Assembly (NCBI RefSeq): GCF_009931435.1
Contig: NZ_CP043414.1
Reading direction: 5' to 3' (one strand)
Origin: Escherichia coli
GTDB taxonomy: Bacteria; Pseudomonadota; Gammaproteobacteria; Enterobacterales; Enterobacteriaceae
DNA length: 64,000 bases
Positions 53,801 to 64,000 of the stretch are shown piece after piece. Position 1 is the first letter of the stretch, and each line of letters begins with the position of its first letter. The translations under genes and the position numbers were made by a program. The notes beneath the pieces were generated by a model. That model had not been told where the DNA came from, did no database searches, and saw only the letters and a program-made list of their open reading frames with translations.

Positions 53801-55134
53801 TTCGAGGCATTGCCTTTGTTATCGTAGGCAACTGCTGAAATCGCATAATAATTGTCTTTGCCTGGACGGTAAGCCGGGAGCGTTACTTGCCACTGACTAC
53901 CCTGACCGGTAATTTTGCCACCTTCAGCCAGTAATGACGGCGCTTCCCACTGCACATTTTTCAGTCCGTGAGTTGCTTTGCTGACCACAAGCCCCAGGGA
54001 AACCGTCTGACCGCCCTTGCCTTCAATACGCTCAGGCAGAGCAATACGGATCACTTCAGATTTGCGGTACTCAAGAACGATGTTGTTATTACGCTCAACC
54101 AGGTCATAGCGGCTGCCTGCCAGCATTCGACGCTCGCGAATGCTGTCTGTATCGAGTTGTTTTTGCAGAGGTTCGCCAATTCGGTAGTTAACTTCCAGGC
54201 CAAAGCGAGTGTCATTCTCACCACTCTTGCCCTGCTTATGCCCGGCGCTCAGTGTCAGAAGAGGCACTGGTGTATAGGTTACCTCGGCAGAAATAGCATG
54301 CGGGTCTTTCTGGCGTTTATCTTTACCAAACAGCCCGACTTCATCGCCATAATACTGCTCATACATCAGGCTTGCGCCAAGCTGCGGCCAGGCAGGTAAA
54401 TAGCCCTCAGCACGAATATCCCAGCCATTCGCCGGGCGTTCCTGATAATCCTCAACATCCGGCGATTTTTTCCAGCCAGAAGCCCGGATATAACCATTGG
54501 CGCTCAGTTTCAAATAATCACGCCAGTATTCCGCACCAACACCAATGCGGGTATGACTACGGGATAAATCATGATCGATAAAAGTATTCACCCCCGCCAT
54601 CCAGTCATTTCCTGAAAAATGACGCCAGCCAAAACCAATATTTGACTGAGTACGATCGTCGGTACGATGTATTGCCCCCTGAGTGAACAACATATTTGTC
54701 GGCGTGTCATAAATCGGATAAAGCATTTCCAGCGAAGAATCCTTCAGCGAGAAATCTTTATCGACATTCAGTTTGACGCGCGCTGTACCATATTTCCCGA
54801 GCCACTCCTGTATTTCCTGGTTAGCTTTAGCGGTGGCCATTCCGGTAATAAAATTACGTGTCGCATCGCTATCTGGCTGACTGCTTAAAAATGTCCCGGC
54901 ATTCGCGGCAAGCGACGCGACATTTTTCTCCACGTTATTATCAGCAGTTACCGTAGTATTTTCCATGCTCAATCGTGGCTGAACCGCATGCTGCGCATGT
55001 GCCGCCATTACTGGGGTAAAAGTGACTGCGAGTGGGAAAAGAACCTGAACAGAGATATTTGCCCACGCCACGCAGCGGGCCAGAACTGAATAACGAAATC
55101 GTGGTTGTTTATGACCTGTTTTATAACGTGACAT
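50881..55134 (-). CDS. fdeC: Intimin/invasin-like adhesin with tandem bacterial Ig-like (Big) domains (FdeC/EaeH), intact
   Basis: 1417 aa; N-terminal signal/anchor, then an invasin-type beta-barrel region, then a long array of Thr/Val/Ala-rich Ig-like repeats (...VTLTAVD..., ...TVTLVAKDAHGN...). Size matches FdeC as recalled. Confidence 0.82.
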   Translation of the reverse strand: MSRYKTGHKQPRFRYSVLARCVAWANISVQVLFPLAVTFTPVMAAHAQHAVQPRLSMENTTVTADNNVEKNVASLAANAGTFLSSQPDSDATRNFITGMATAKANQEIQEWLGKYGTARVKLNVDKDFSLKDSSLEMLYPIYDTPTNMLFTQGAIHRTDDRTQSNIGFGWRHFSGNDWMAGVNTFIDHDLSRSHTRIGVGAEYWRDYLKLSANGYIRASGWKKSPDVEDYQERPANGWDIRAEGYLPAWPQLGASLMYEQYYGDEVGLFGKDKRQKDPHAISAEVTYTPVPLLTLSAGHKQGKSGENDTRFGLEVNYRIGEPLQKQLDTDSIRERRMLAGSRYDLVERNNNIVLEYRKSEVIRIALPERIEGKGGQTVSLGLVVSKATHGLKNVQWEAPSLLAEGGKITGQGSQWQVTLPAYRPGKDNYYAISAVAYDNKGNASKRVQTEVVISGAGMSADRTALTLDGQSRIQMLANGNEQKPLVLSLRDAEGQPVKGMKDQIKTELSFKPAGNIVTRTLKATKSQAKPTLGEFTETEAGVYQSVFTTGTQSGEATITVSVDGMSKTVTAELRATMMDVANSTLSANEPSGDVVADGQQAYTLTLTAVDSEGNPVTGEASRLRLVPQDTNGVTVGAISEIKPGVYSATVSSTRAGNVVVRAFSEQYQLGTLQQTLKFVAGPLDAAHSSITLNPDKPVVGGTLTAIWTAKDANDNPVTGLNPDAPSLSGAAAAGSTASGWTNNGDGTWTAQITLGSTAGELEVMPKLNGQDAAANAAKVTVVADALSSGQSTVSVAADRVKAGESTTVTLVAKDAHGNAISGLSLSASLTGTASEGATISSWTEKGDGSYVATLTTGGKTGELRVMPLFNGQPAATEAAQLTVIAGEMSSANSTLVADNKTPTVKTTTELTFTVKDAYGNPVSNLKLDAPVFSGAASTGSERPSAGNWTEKGNGVYVATLTLGSAAGQLSVMPRVNGQNAVAQPLVLNVAGDASRAVISDMAVKVNNQLANGQSANQVTLTVVDSYGNPLQGQEVTLTLPQGVTSKTGNTVTTNAAGKADIELISTVAGELEIAAAVKNSQKTVTVKFNADASTGQANLQVDTAVQKVANGKDAFTLTATVEDKNGNPVPGTLVTFNLPRGVKPLTGDNVWVKANDEGKAELQVVSVTAGTYEITASAGNSQPSNTQTITFVADKATATVSSIEVIGNYALADGKAKQTYKVTVTDANKNLVKDSEVTLTASPASLNLEPNGTATTNEQGQAIFTATTTVAATYTLTAQVSQNNGQVSTKTAEAKFVADDKNAQLTASSNVPSLVADGKSTAKLEVTLMSANNPVGGNMWVDIQTPEGVTEKDYQFLPSKNDHFVSGKITRTFSTSKPGVYTFTFNALTYGGYEMKPVTVTITAVDANTATGEEAMK

Positions 55135-55684
55135 TGAGATAATTTCCTGATGAACGAATTAACGAACATAGGCAGACACAAATAATGGTGTCTGCTTGTC
55201 AGAAAAACCGGGGATTTCCCGGTTTCCTTTTCCGCAGAAAAGGAAATACCTTTATGTAAGAAAGTACACCGCCACCTAATATATCCAGTGCCTGTAGCCA
55301 CTCATCAGGTGGTTGGGCGCGGGATTATATTTTTATTTATGGGTGAGAATTTAGCTTTTTGTGCAAACCATTAAATAGATACCTAAGTTATATTTCTTAC
55401 TCTGCGGACAGTGAATAATTCATTATTCAGAGTGAATAATAATGACCTACCTTTAATTAGCAACTATCGGAAATACGTCGAAGTAGGTATATACGCCAGG
55501 ATAAACCGATATATTTTTTATGGATATTCATTTTCCTTCATCAGACTGTGAATTGCAGGGATATCGAACTTGCACGACTCATCGCAACACTCAAACAGAT
55601 TTATGAATTTCGTTCATAACCCCTGACAAATCCTGCCGTCTAATCGCGTGACTCCCTTTACGTTATGCTTCTCATGAACGATAA

Positions 55685-56275
<591 letters not shown>

Positions 56276-56467
56276 GCGATTATGCATCTACCTATTTACG
56301 TCGGTCACTCAGTCAGAGTCTTGCCCATATTCAATGAGGTTCAACACCGCAGCCAATGAAAAGTAGGCCATGCGGGGATTAATAGCATTACTCATTAATC
56401 AATCGCTCTTTTCATTTACGTGCTCTTTATGTAACATATTGCTTTTATTGATCTTCCTGGAGTTTGC

Positions 56468-56824
56468 ATGAATAAGAATCTCATCCTCGCATTTGCATTA
56501 TTTTCCTTACCTGTATTTGCAGAAGAAGATCTGGGGCCAGGCAAATATGTTTGTGACATTAGGATTTCCAGCCTGGATACCGCTACTCAAATTCTGTCAA
56601 AATCCGCAACAGTTCTCGATAATGGAAACAATTTCATCGTTCAAATGCCAAATGGAGATCAATTGTACTCTCCAGATCTGGAAAATGTTGATGATGGTAT
56701 AAAACAAAAAGCAACAATAGGTGGAGTGACATTTATTCGTCGTCCAACTTTTAACGATCGCTTCATCGTGGAAGATGGAAATACAGGATTCTTCTATAAG
56801 ATGCGAAACTGCGAGAAGAAATAA
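56468..56824 (+). CDS. Small secreted protein of unknown function
   Basis: 118 aa with signal peptide MNKNLILAFALFSLPVFA and two Cys residues; AT-rich. Confidence 0.5.
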   Translation: MNKNLILAFALFSLPVFAEEDLGPGKYVCDIRISSLDTATQILSKSATVLDNGNNFIVQMPNGDQLYSPDLENVDDGIKQKATIGGVTFIRRPTFNDRFIVEDGNTGFFYKMRNCEKK

Positions 56825-57112
56825 AGGAAGTTTGATAGCGATATCCTCCTGATTTTCAGGCTTTGTACCTGTTCAAGACTTACAACTACAAGCCGCTACG
56901 TGTTAACGCCTCCCAAAATAACCACCGTTAACCGTAGCGGTCATAGATACTATTATTTTAGCCACATTACTGGTGATAATGATAATTGATATTATGGCCG
57001 TATAGAAAATAAGCATTAATTATCAGAAAGTTTATTATGTAAACGCGTCCTAATGATTACGTTATTCCTCTTACCGATATTCGCCCAGAGCAACCATCAA
57101 TTACACATATCA

Positions 57113-58039
57113 TCAATTTTCGAGTTTTACTCTTTTCTCCACCATAAAATCAATAAAAGCACGAACTTTAGAGGGCATTCTCACCCGTGATGAAACATAA
57201 ATATAAAATCCAGGAAATGAAACAGCCCAATCCTCAAGAATCGGCTGTAACTTGCCCGCATTGATATGTTCAGCGATTGCAAAATCCAGATGTTGAATGA
57301 TACCCGTTCCATTCAGCGCCATTCGTATCATGCTTTCGTCATCATTAGAAATATACTTACCTGAAACCTCTATTTCGAACTCTTCATTACCCCCCACAAC
57401 ATTAGAAAACTCCCATGCAGAGAGTGCACCGCTACTTTTATGCCGCAACCGAAGGCAATTATGGTTACTCAGTTCCTGAGGCGTTTCAGGAATACCGTGT
57501 TCTTTTAAATAATCTGGCGATGCCACAGTAACCAGTTTAATAAGCGGAGAAACAGGAACGGCAGTCATATGCTCATCCAGTCCTTGCTCAAGACGTATGC
57601 CCACATCACAGCCGTCCGCAATAATGTTAGATAAACCGTCATCCATAATGAGTTCTATCTTTGTTTTGGGGTAACGAGTAAGAAACTCGCCAATATGAGG
57701 CTCAACAAGCATCCGTGCTGCAACACGGGAGGAATTTATTCTCAACAGGCCTGTAGGTTCAAGTTGGGTATCACCAACATCTTTCAAAGCATCATCAATT
57801 TGCCCCAAAGCCGACACCAGCACTTCATACAGACGCTGTCCTTCCTCAGTAAGCGACATATTGCGGGTCGTACGGTATATCAGCTTGGTGTTAAGACGTT
57901 CCTCAAGAGATTTTAAATTCTGGGACAATGCGGCCCGCGTAATACCCATTTCAGAAGCGGCTCTGGAAAAACTGCCGGCACGAACAATCAGCGCAAACCA
58001 GGCAAGAGAAGGCAAAATTGAAGGCTCTATTTTCATCAT
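57113..58039 (-). CDS. LysR-family transcriptional regulator
   Basis: HTH ...FSRAASEMGITRAALSQNLKSLEERL...; start placed at MMKIEPS (the ORF extends 31 codons further upstream with non-LysR-like sequence). Confidence 0.8.
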   Translation of the reverse strand: MMKIEPSILPSLAWFALIVRAGSFSRAASEMGITRAALSQNLKSLEERLNTKLIYRTTRNMSLTEEGQRLYEVLVSALGQIDDALKDVGDTQLEPTGLLRINSSRVAARMLVEPHIGEFLTRYPKTKIELIMDDGLSNIIADGCDVGIRLEQGLDEHMTAVPVSPLIKLVTVASPDYLKEHGIPETPQELSNHNCLRLRHKSSGALSAWEFSNVVGGNEEFEIEVSGKYISNDDESMIRMALNGTGIIQHLDFAIAEHINAGKLQPILEDWAVSFPGFYIYVSSRVRMPSKVRAFIDFMVEKRVKLEN

Positions 58040-58195
58040 TGTAAACCTTAACTTAACACTGTGATAGATATTAGACCATTGATGATAACCAATACAAGTC
58101 ATACTATTACGCCGTTCTCGATATGAACACAAATGCCAGTTGCGGATAATAGAAATGATATTTAAATCTGTTTAGGCAAATCCCTGGAGCTTGAA

Positions 58196-59116
58196 ATGAA
58201 AACGGTTTCGATAAAACACACTTACTGGGATATAGCTGCTGATATCTATTTCCCTGACGATTTTAATAGTGAAAAAAAGTATCCTGCCATTATCAGTGCC
58301 CATCCAATTGGAAGCTGCAAAGAACAGACATCGGGTAGTGTGTATGGTGCCGCCCTGGCAAAAGCTGGCTTTATCGTCATTGCTTTTGATGCCAGTTTTC
58401 AGGGAAGCAGCGGTGGAGAACCGCGTTATCTGGAAGATCCAACAATGCGAGTAAAAGACTTCAGCATTGTCGTTGATTACCTTACCACCTTACCTTACGT
58501 TGATGCCGGGCGTATTGGTGTACTGGGTATTTGTGGTGGAGGTGGATATGCCATTAATGCCGCAATGACAGAACGTCGGATTAAAGCCATTGGTACTGTC
58601 ACGGGTGCTAACTACGGGCGTCTTATGCGTGAGGGATTTACAGCGTTTAATCCTATCGGAGCACTCGAAGCAATGGCGCAACAAAGAACAGACGAAGCTA
58701 ACGGCGCAAAACTTCGCGTAGATGATTTGCTCCCTTCTTCTCCGGAAGCAGCTCTTGAAGCGGGATTAACAGAAATAGACCTTTTTGAAGCAACAGAATA
58801 TTATCGTTCGCCACGAGGCTGTGCGCCTAATGGGGTAAATCGTTCGCTATTTTCACATCAGACTGTTGCCGTGGGCTGGGATGCTTTTCATCTTGCAGAA
58901 GTCCTGTTAACTCAACCACTAATGGTTGTAGTGGGCGATAGAGTGGGCGCTTTTGGTGCCTATCGTGACGGCTGCGAAATTATTGGTCGTGCAGCCTCAA
59001 AACATAAAGAGTTGGTCGTGGTTGAAGGTTATTCACATTACGACCTGTATGATAAGCCAGAACCTGTGAAACAGGCGCTCGATAAATTAATTCCTTTTTA
59101 CAAAACACATTTGTAA
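58196..59116 (+). CDS. Alpha/beta hydrolase (dienelactone hydrolase-like)
   Basis: 306 aa with nucleophile-elbow-like GICGGGGYA; divergent from the LysR gene. Confidence 0.7.
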   Translation: MKTVSIKHTYWDIAADIYFPDDFNSEKKYPAIISAHPIGSCKEQTSGSVYGAALAKAGFIVIAFDASFQGSSGGEPRYLEDPTMRVKDFSIVVDYLTTLPYVDAGRIGVLGICGGGGYAINAAMTERRIKAIGTVTGANYGRLMREGFTAFNPIGALEAMAQQRTDEANGAKLRVDDLLPSSPEAALEAGLTEIDLFEATEYYRSPRGCAPNGVNRSLFSHQTVAVGWDAFHLAEVLLTQPLMVVVGDRVGAFGAYRDGCEIIGRAASKHKELVVVEGYSHYDLYDKPEPVKQALDKLIPFYKTHL

Positions 59117-59288
59117 TAACCTTGCAGGGAGATTCATTATCTCCCTGAGATTTATCCTTTATTGACTACACGACAATAATAAAATTACTCAAAAAGAATT
59201 CTATTAAAGGAAAAAAGCATCAAAAAGTAGCAACTCAACTTATTAAGATTATACGCATTAAAATCAGATAAACATTTGAGGTATTGTT

Positions 59289-60431
59289 ATGATAAATAAA
59301 CACCCATCATTGTTTTCTCCTTTTATGCTGACAGAAAAAATAAAGCTACGTAATCGTATCGTTATGGCCCCTATGACGACCTGGTCAGCTAATCCTGATG
59401 GAACCATCTCTGAGCAAGAACTCGAATTTTATAAACGTCGCTCACAAAATGTTGGTTTAGTAATAACAGGATGCACCTATGTCACGCCAAGCGGCATTGG
59501 GTTTACTCATGAATTTGCCGCATATGACGACCGTTTCATTAACAGCCTTGAAAAGTTAGCTGCTGCAGCCAAAAGTGGCGGTGCTCCGGCTATTTTGCAG
59601 ATTTTCCACGCCGGTAATAAAGCCATCCCGGAGCTTGTGCCAAATTACGATGTTATTAGTGCCAGCGCATCAAGCGTAAAATCTGGTGACTTTATGAAGA
59701 GAGTGGTACAAAGCAGGGAAATGACTGAAAACGAAATTCAGGAAACCATTAGAGCATTCGGAGATGTCACAAAAAGGGCGATTAAAGCAGGTTTTGATGG
59801 CGTTGAACTTCATGGTGCGCACGGATTCCTTCTGCAGAATTTCTTCTCCCCTCTATTTAACCAGCGTAATGACCGATGGGGAGGAGATCTTGAAGGACGT
59901 ATGCGCTTCCCGCTGGCCGTATTACAGGAAGTAAAAAATGTAGTCTATGAATATGCGAAAAAGCCCTTTGCCATCGGTTACAGAATATCTCCTGAAGAAT
60001 CTGTAACAGGGGGGCTGCGGATAGAGGATACTTATAAACTCCTTGATCGGCTCATTTCATCCGGTATTTCGTATATACATACCTCGCTGGTCAGTATTAA
60101 CGATAGCTACCCTGTTGAGTCGCCAAATGGCCCCCGAACTATTGAATTGATTTTAAATCATATTGCAGGCAGAGTGCCGGTAATCGCCGCAGGTAAAATA
60201 CGCACACCTTCTCAGGCTCAAGAAGCAATTTCCGCTGGCCTGCCACTTGTTGCGATCGGTAAAGGGCTGGTGATAAATCCAGAATGGGTGACTTTAGCTG
60301 AATCAGGTAGAAGTCATGAAATTCAAACAGCCCTTAATCCACAACGCGTTCCTGAATTAACCATTCCGGATAAACTATGGGATCAAATTCAGGCATCGAA
60401 AGGAACTGGCTGGTTTCCGTTAATGGATTAA
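59289..60431 (+). CDS. NADH:flavin oxidoreductase (Old Yellow Enzyme family)
   Basis: 380 aa with OYE-type motifs (RIVMAPMTT, GFDGVELHGAHGFLLQNFFSP). Confidence 0.8.
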   Translation: MINKHPSLFSPFMLTEKIKLRNRIVMAPMTTWSANPDGTISEQELEFYKRRSQNVGLVITGCTYVTPSGIGFTHEFAAYDDRFINSLEKLAAAAKSGGAPAILQIFHAGNKAIPELVPNYDVISASASSVKSGDFMKRVVQSREMTENEIQETIRAFGDVTKRAIKAGFDGVELHGAHGFLLQNFFSPLFNQRNDRWGGDLEGRMRFPLAVLQEVKNVVYEYAKKPFAIGYRISPEESVTGGLRIEDTYKLLDRLISSGISYIHTSLVSINDSYPVESPNGPRTIELILNHIAGRVPVIAAGKIRTPSQAQEAISAGLPLVAIGKGLVINPEWVTLAESGRSHEIQTALNPQRVPELTIPDKLWDQIQASKGTGWFPLMD

Positions 60432-60903
60432 ATATCTATTACTCTCCCGAGAGTAAAACTATCAAACCAATGAGTAACCGATACAGCCTCGCAAATTCTT
60501 TCAGATAATTAACCCGTCACTGCGGCACGTTCTCTCATAAGGCGTGCCTGCTGTGTAATCCAGTATGTATCCGGCATACTTGACGGTTTAATAGAACTCA
60601 ATTCCTTTCCCAGGTAACCAACAACGATATCTTGTATAACACCCCAGGAGATACGACATTATGATGAGATGAGGTATGCTCCTCAGCGCCAATCAACGCC
60701 AGGGCTGGGCCAGTTTTGAGATCAGACTCATTCCCGGACTGACTTCAGGCGACATATATCAATGACGTTGGGGCAATAAAAGATAGCCGATGTAATACAT
60801 CTATTCAAATTTGTGATACATGTCAAAAAATTGGTTGACCAAACTCGTTATTTATATAAGGGCACTTACGAAGTGCACTCTTTTTTAAAGCGAGGAAGTA
60901 CCA

Positions 60904-61005
60904 ATGAAAGAGAATAAAGTACAGCAAATCAGTCATAAACTGATTAATATCGTTGTTTTTGTCGCAATTGTAGAATACGCCTATTTATTTCTCCATTTCT
61001 ATTAA
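60904..61005 (+). CDS. ykgR: Small hydrophobic protein, 33 aa (YkgR-like)
   Basis: ATG preceded by GAGGAAG; MKENKVQQISHKLINIVVFVAIVEYAYLFLHFY has one predicted TM segment. Symbol is from recall of the K-12 small-protein set. Confidence 0.4.
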   Translation: MKENKVQQISHKLINIVVFVAIVEYAYLFLHFY

Positions 61006-61337
61006 TAACGGCAATAAACTGTTCACTTCAGTGATATTTAAAATATGCATCCTCTCCCTTTTTTTTAAGTGATTATTATATCCGTGGGAGAGGAATACAC
61101 GCTATCAGGTAATCAATCAAACTGCGATAAATCATCGGCCAGTAAAGTGGAGATAGCCTCCATTCTCGAAAAATTCATACTCTCAGCGAAACCATCATCA
61201 ATCACTCATCCAGGCGTTTATGGGAGCGTCGCCAATGGCTGCTAACAATGCCAGACTTCCCCGTTGCCGAAATTCCACATACCACAAATGGTCACAGGGA
61301 TTGGGTGTTGAAATGATCCGGATGAGCATGTATCTTT

Positions 61338-61360
61338 ACGGTTATGTTATAACATAACAG
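61338..61360 (+). promoter_or_regulatory. Zur box upstream of rpmE2
   Basis: Palindrome GTTATGTTATAACATAAC immediately upstream of the rpmE2 ribosome-binding site. Confidence 0.6.
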
Positions 61361-61369
61361 GTAAAAATG

Positions 61370-61633
61370 ATGAAACCCAATATCCATCCTGAGTATCGTA
61401 CTGTGGTGTTCCACGACACCAGCGTTGATGAGTACTTTAAAATCGGCTCGACTATCAAAACAGACCGTGAGATTGAGCTGGATGGCGTAACGTATCCGTA
61501 CGTAACAATTGATGTCTCTTCGAAATCGCACCCGTTCTATACAGGGAAGCTGAGAACAGTGGCATCAGAAGGAAATGTTGCACGGTTCACCCAACGTTTT
61601 GGTCGTTTTGTTAGCACGAAAAAGGGGGCGTGA
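61370..61633 (+). CDS. rpmE2: Ribosomal protein L31 paralogue, type B (zinc-independent; YkgM)
   Basis: 87 aa [18 protein letters not shown]... lacking the CxxC zinc ribbon. Confidence 0.9.
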
Positions 61634-61773
61634 TGAAAGTCCTTAACTCTCTGCGTACCGCAAAAGAACGCCATCCAGACTGTCAGATTGTGAAGCGAAA
61701 AGGACGGCTGTATGTGATTTGTAAATCTAATCCACGTTTTAAGGCCGTTCAGGGGCGTAAGAAAAAGCGTTGA
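61633..61773 (+). CDS. rpmJ2: Ribosomal protein L36 paralogue (YkgO)
   Basis: 46-aa [49 protein letters not shown]; its ATG overlaps the rpmE2 stop (TGATG). Absent from the supplied ORF track because it is under 60 aa. Confidence 0.85.
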   Translation: MKVLNSLRTAKERHPDCQIVKRKGRLYVICKSNPRFKAVQGRKKKR

Positions 61774-62791
61774 TTCATAATTCGCCGGATTAACGATATT
61801 TGTCTGATTAATAATCAGACCGGATTAATGTTGGTGTATTGATTACACCAACATTAATTTTCCTGGAAATATATTCTTTAAGTTCATTTAAAGCCAACTG
61901 CCTGACGTTTCTCTCCGAATATTCCATTATATTAATGTTGATTTGTTGACCAACTTCGCCCCTGTATGCTGGTATCAACTCTCTTTTAGACTGAACAAGC
62001 CACTCCGCCCCCTCCCTTTGCGGAGCAGCCTGCATTTACACTCAAACTGTTAAGATGATAAATGTGGTAAATCTGTTGGTACTAACATAAAAACGTTTAC
62101 GCCACAGGAACAGCCTGATCCACCGGTAACCCCATCGCCGACGTTCGAGTGCCAGTTAGAGTAACGCGCACAGATGACTGCACGCAGTGCCCTGTCAAAG
62201 AGGCCATCGTTCCTGTGACAGCTGGCAGCCTTCGTTTAACTTCACTTAATTTGGCTCTTGGGGGGGCTTACCGAACAGATGACGTAGTCACACCTATTCA
62301 ATTTTTCACCACTTATTGGAGTAAACACCCATAACCATTTTGTGCGGCATGTTAATCCATTAAAACACCTTATTTATTGTCAAATCTTCTTTAATGATGG
62401 TCAATAATAGTTTTATGTTCTATTTATTATCATTAAAACTTGTTTTTTTACTAGTCGAGCACAAAACGCATTAAGACTATTCCTAACACCTCAGGGCAAA
62501 GTTCCTGGCTAATATAAAATGCAAGTAAGAATTGAACGTTATATTGCCAATAACCTTATGAAACTGAATGTCTTTTTCTTCTTATCAAAAAAGCAATATT
62601 TTCATTTTTAGTAAATATTGACTTAACCATGGAATTCCTTTTCTGTTCACATATTGACACTCATCAGGAAAAAAACATAAATTTAAGCCCAATCGAAAAT
62701 AATTAAAACTTAATCTCGTTTAACCTATATTGATATGTGCTACGTATCTTATTTACTTCCGATTTACTAACAACACTGAATGTACTTGTAA

Positions 62792-63403
<612 letters not shown>

Positions 63404-63477
63404 ACTCCAGGCAAGTTAGTTTTAAAAAATGACTCACAGGGACATCATGTCCTCAATTTAACTCGGGAAGAAAAGCA

Positions 63478-64000
63478 ATGAAAAAAAAGGTTCTGGCAAT
63501 AGCTCTGGTAACGGTGTTTACCGGCATGGGTGTGGCGCAGGCTGCTGACGTAACAGCTCAGGCTGTAGCGACATGGTCGGCAACAGCCAAAAAAGACACC
63601 ACCAGTAAACTGGTGGTGACGCCACTCGGTAGCCTGGCGTTCCAGTATGCCGAAGGCATTAAAGGCTTTAACTCACAGAAAGGTCTATTTGACGTGGCTA
63701 TTGAGGGTGACTCAACGGCTACCGCCTTTAAACTGACCTCACGTCTTATCACCAACACCTTAACCCAGTTGGATACCTCAGGTTCCACACTGAATGTGGG
63801 CGTGGATTATAACGGCGCGGCAGTCGAAAAAACTGGCGATACCGTGATGATCGATACCGCCAACGGCGTACTGGGCGGCAACCTTAGCCCGCTGGCTAAC
63901 GGTTACAATGCCAGCAATCGTACCACCGCACAGGATGGTTTCACCTTCTCCATCATCAGCGGTACCACCAATGGTACCACCGCAGTAACCGATTACAGCA
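63478..64000 (+). CDS. ecpA: Major pilin of the E. coli common pilus (EcpA/MatB), 5' portion (continues past window end)
   Basis: ATG at 63478; [22 protein letters not shown] signal peptide followed by Thr/Gly-rich pilin sequence. The ORF track lists only an antisense ORF here. Confidence 0.85.
   Translation, partial: MKKKVLAIALVTVFTGMGVAQAADVTAQAVATWSATAKKDTTSKLVVTPLGSLAFQYAEGIKGFNSQKGLFDVAIEGDSTATAFKLTSRLITNTLTQLDTSGSTLNVGVDYNGAAVEKTGDTVMIDTANGVLGGNLSPLANGYNASNRTTAQDGFTFSIISGTTNGTTAVTDYS

Noticed and set aside
61808-62035. 75-aa minus-strand ORF and 61-aa plus-strand ORF (62149..62334) in the ecp upstream region
   Set aside because: AT-rich, no RBS, atypical composition; most likely non-coding regulatory DNA.

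Overview
This window is an Escherichia coli chromosomal segment, colinear in reverse orientation with the K-12 cynR-codBA-prpRBCDE-yah-bet-ykg/rcl-ecp region, but it is not K-12: it carries extra accessory modules. All gene names come from reading the translated ORFs and recalling K-12 gene order; no database search was run. Core content: cynR 3' end, codBA, prpBCDE with divergent prpR, yahO/N/L/K, the yahJ-yahD cluster with yahC/yahB, pdeL, betTIBA, ykgEFG, rclRABC, rpmE2-rpmJ2, ecpR and the start of ecpA. Accessory content: a 4-gene Lsr/Rbs-type ABC importer plus an ASCH-domain gene between yahK and yahJ, a 1327-aa AIDA-type autotransporter (EhaA-like) between pdeL and betT, an intact 1417-aa FdeC/EaeH invasin-like adhesin with flanking aldo-keto reductases, and a LysR/hydrolase/flavin-reductase cluster. 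Several REP/BIME arrays are present; no IS element, integrase, tRNA, rRNA or CRISPR array was seen. The best candidate for an undescribed system is the yahDEFG-yahI-yahJ operon with its adjacent ABC importer: a paralogue of the allantoin-cluster FdrA/YlbE/YlbF plus carbamate kinase set, with a Tat-exported amidohydrolase, suggesting an uncharacterised carbamate-yielding catabolic pathway for an unknown N-rich substrate.
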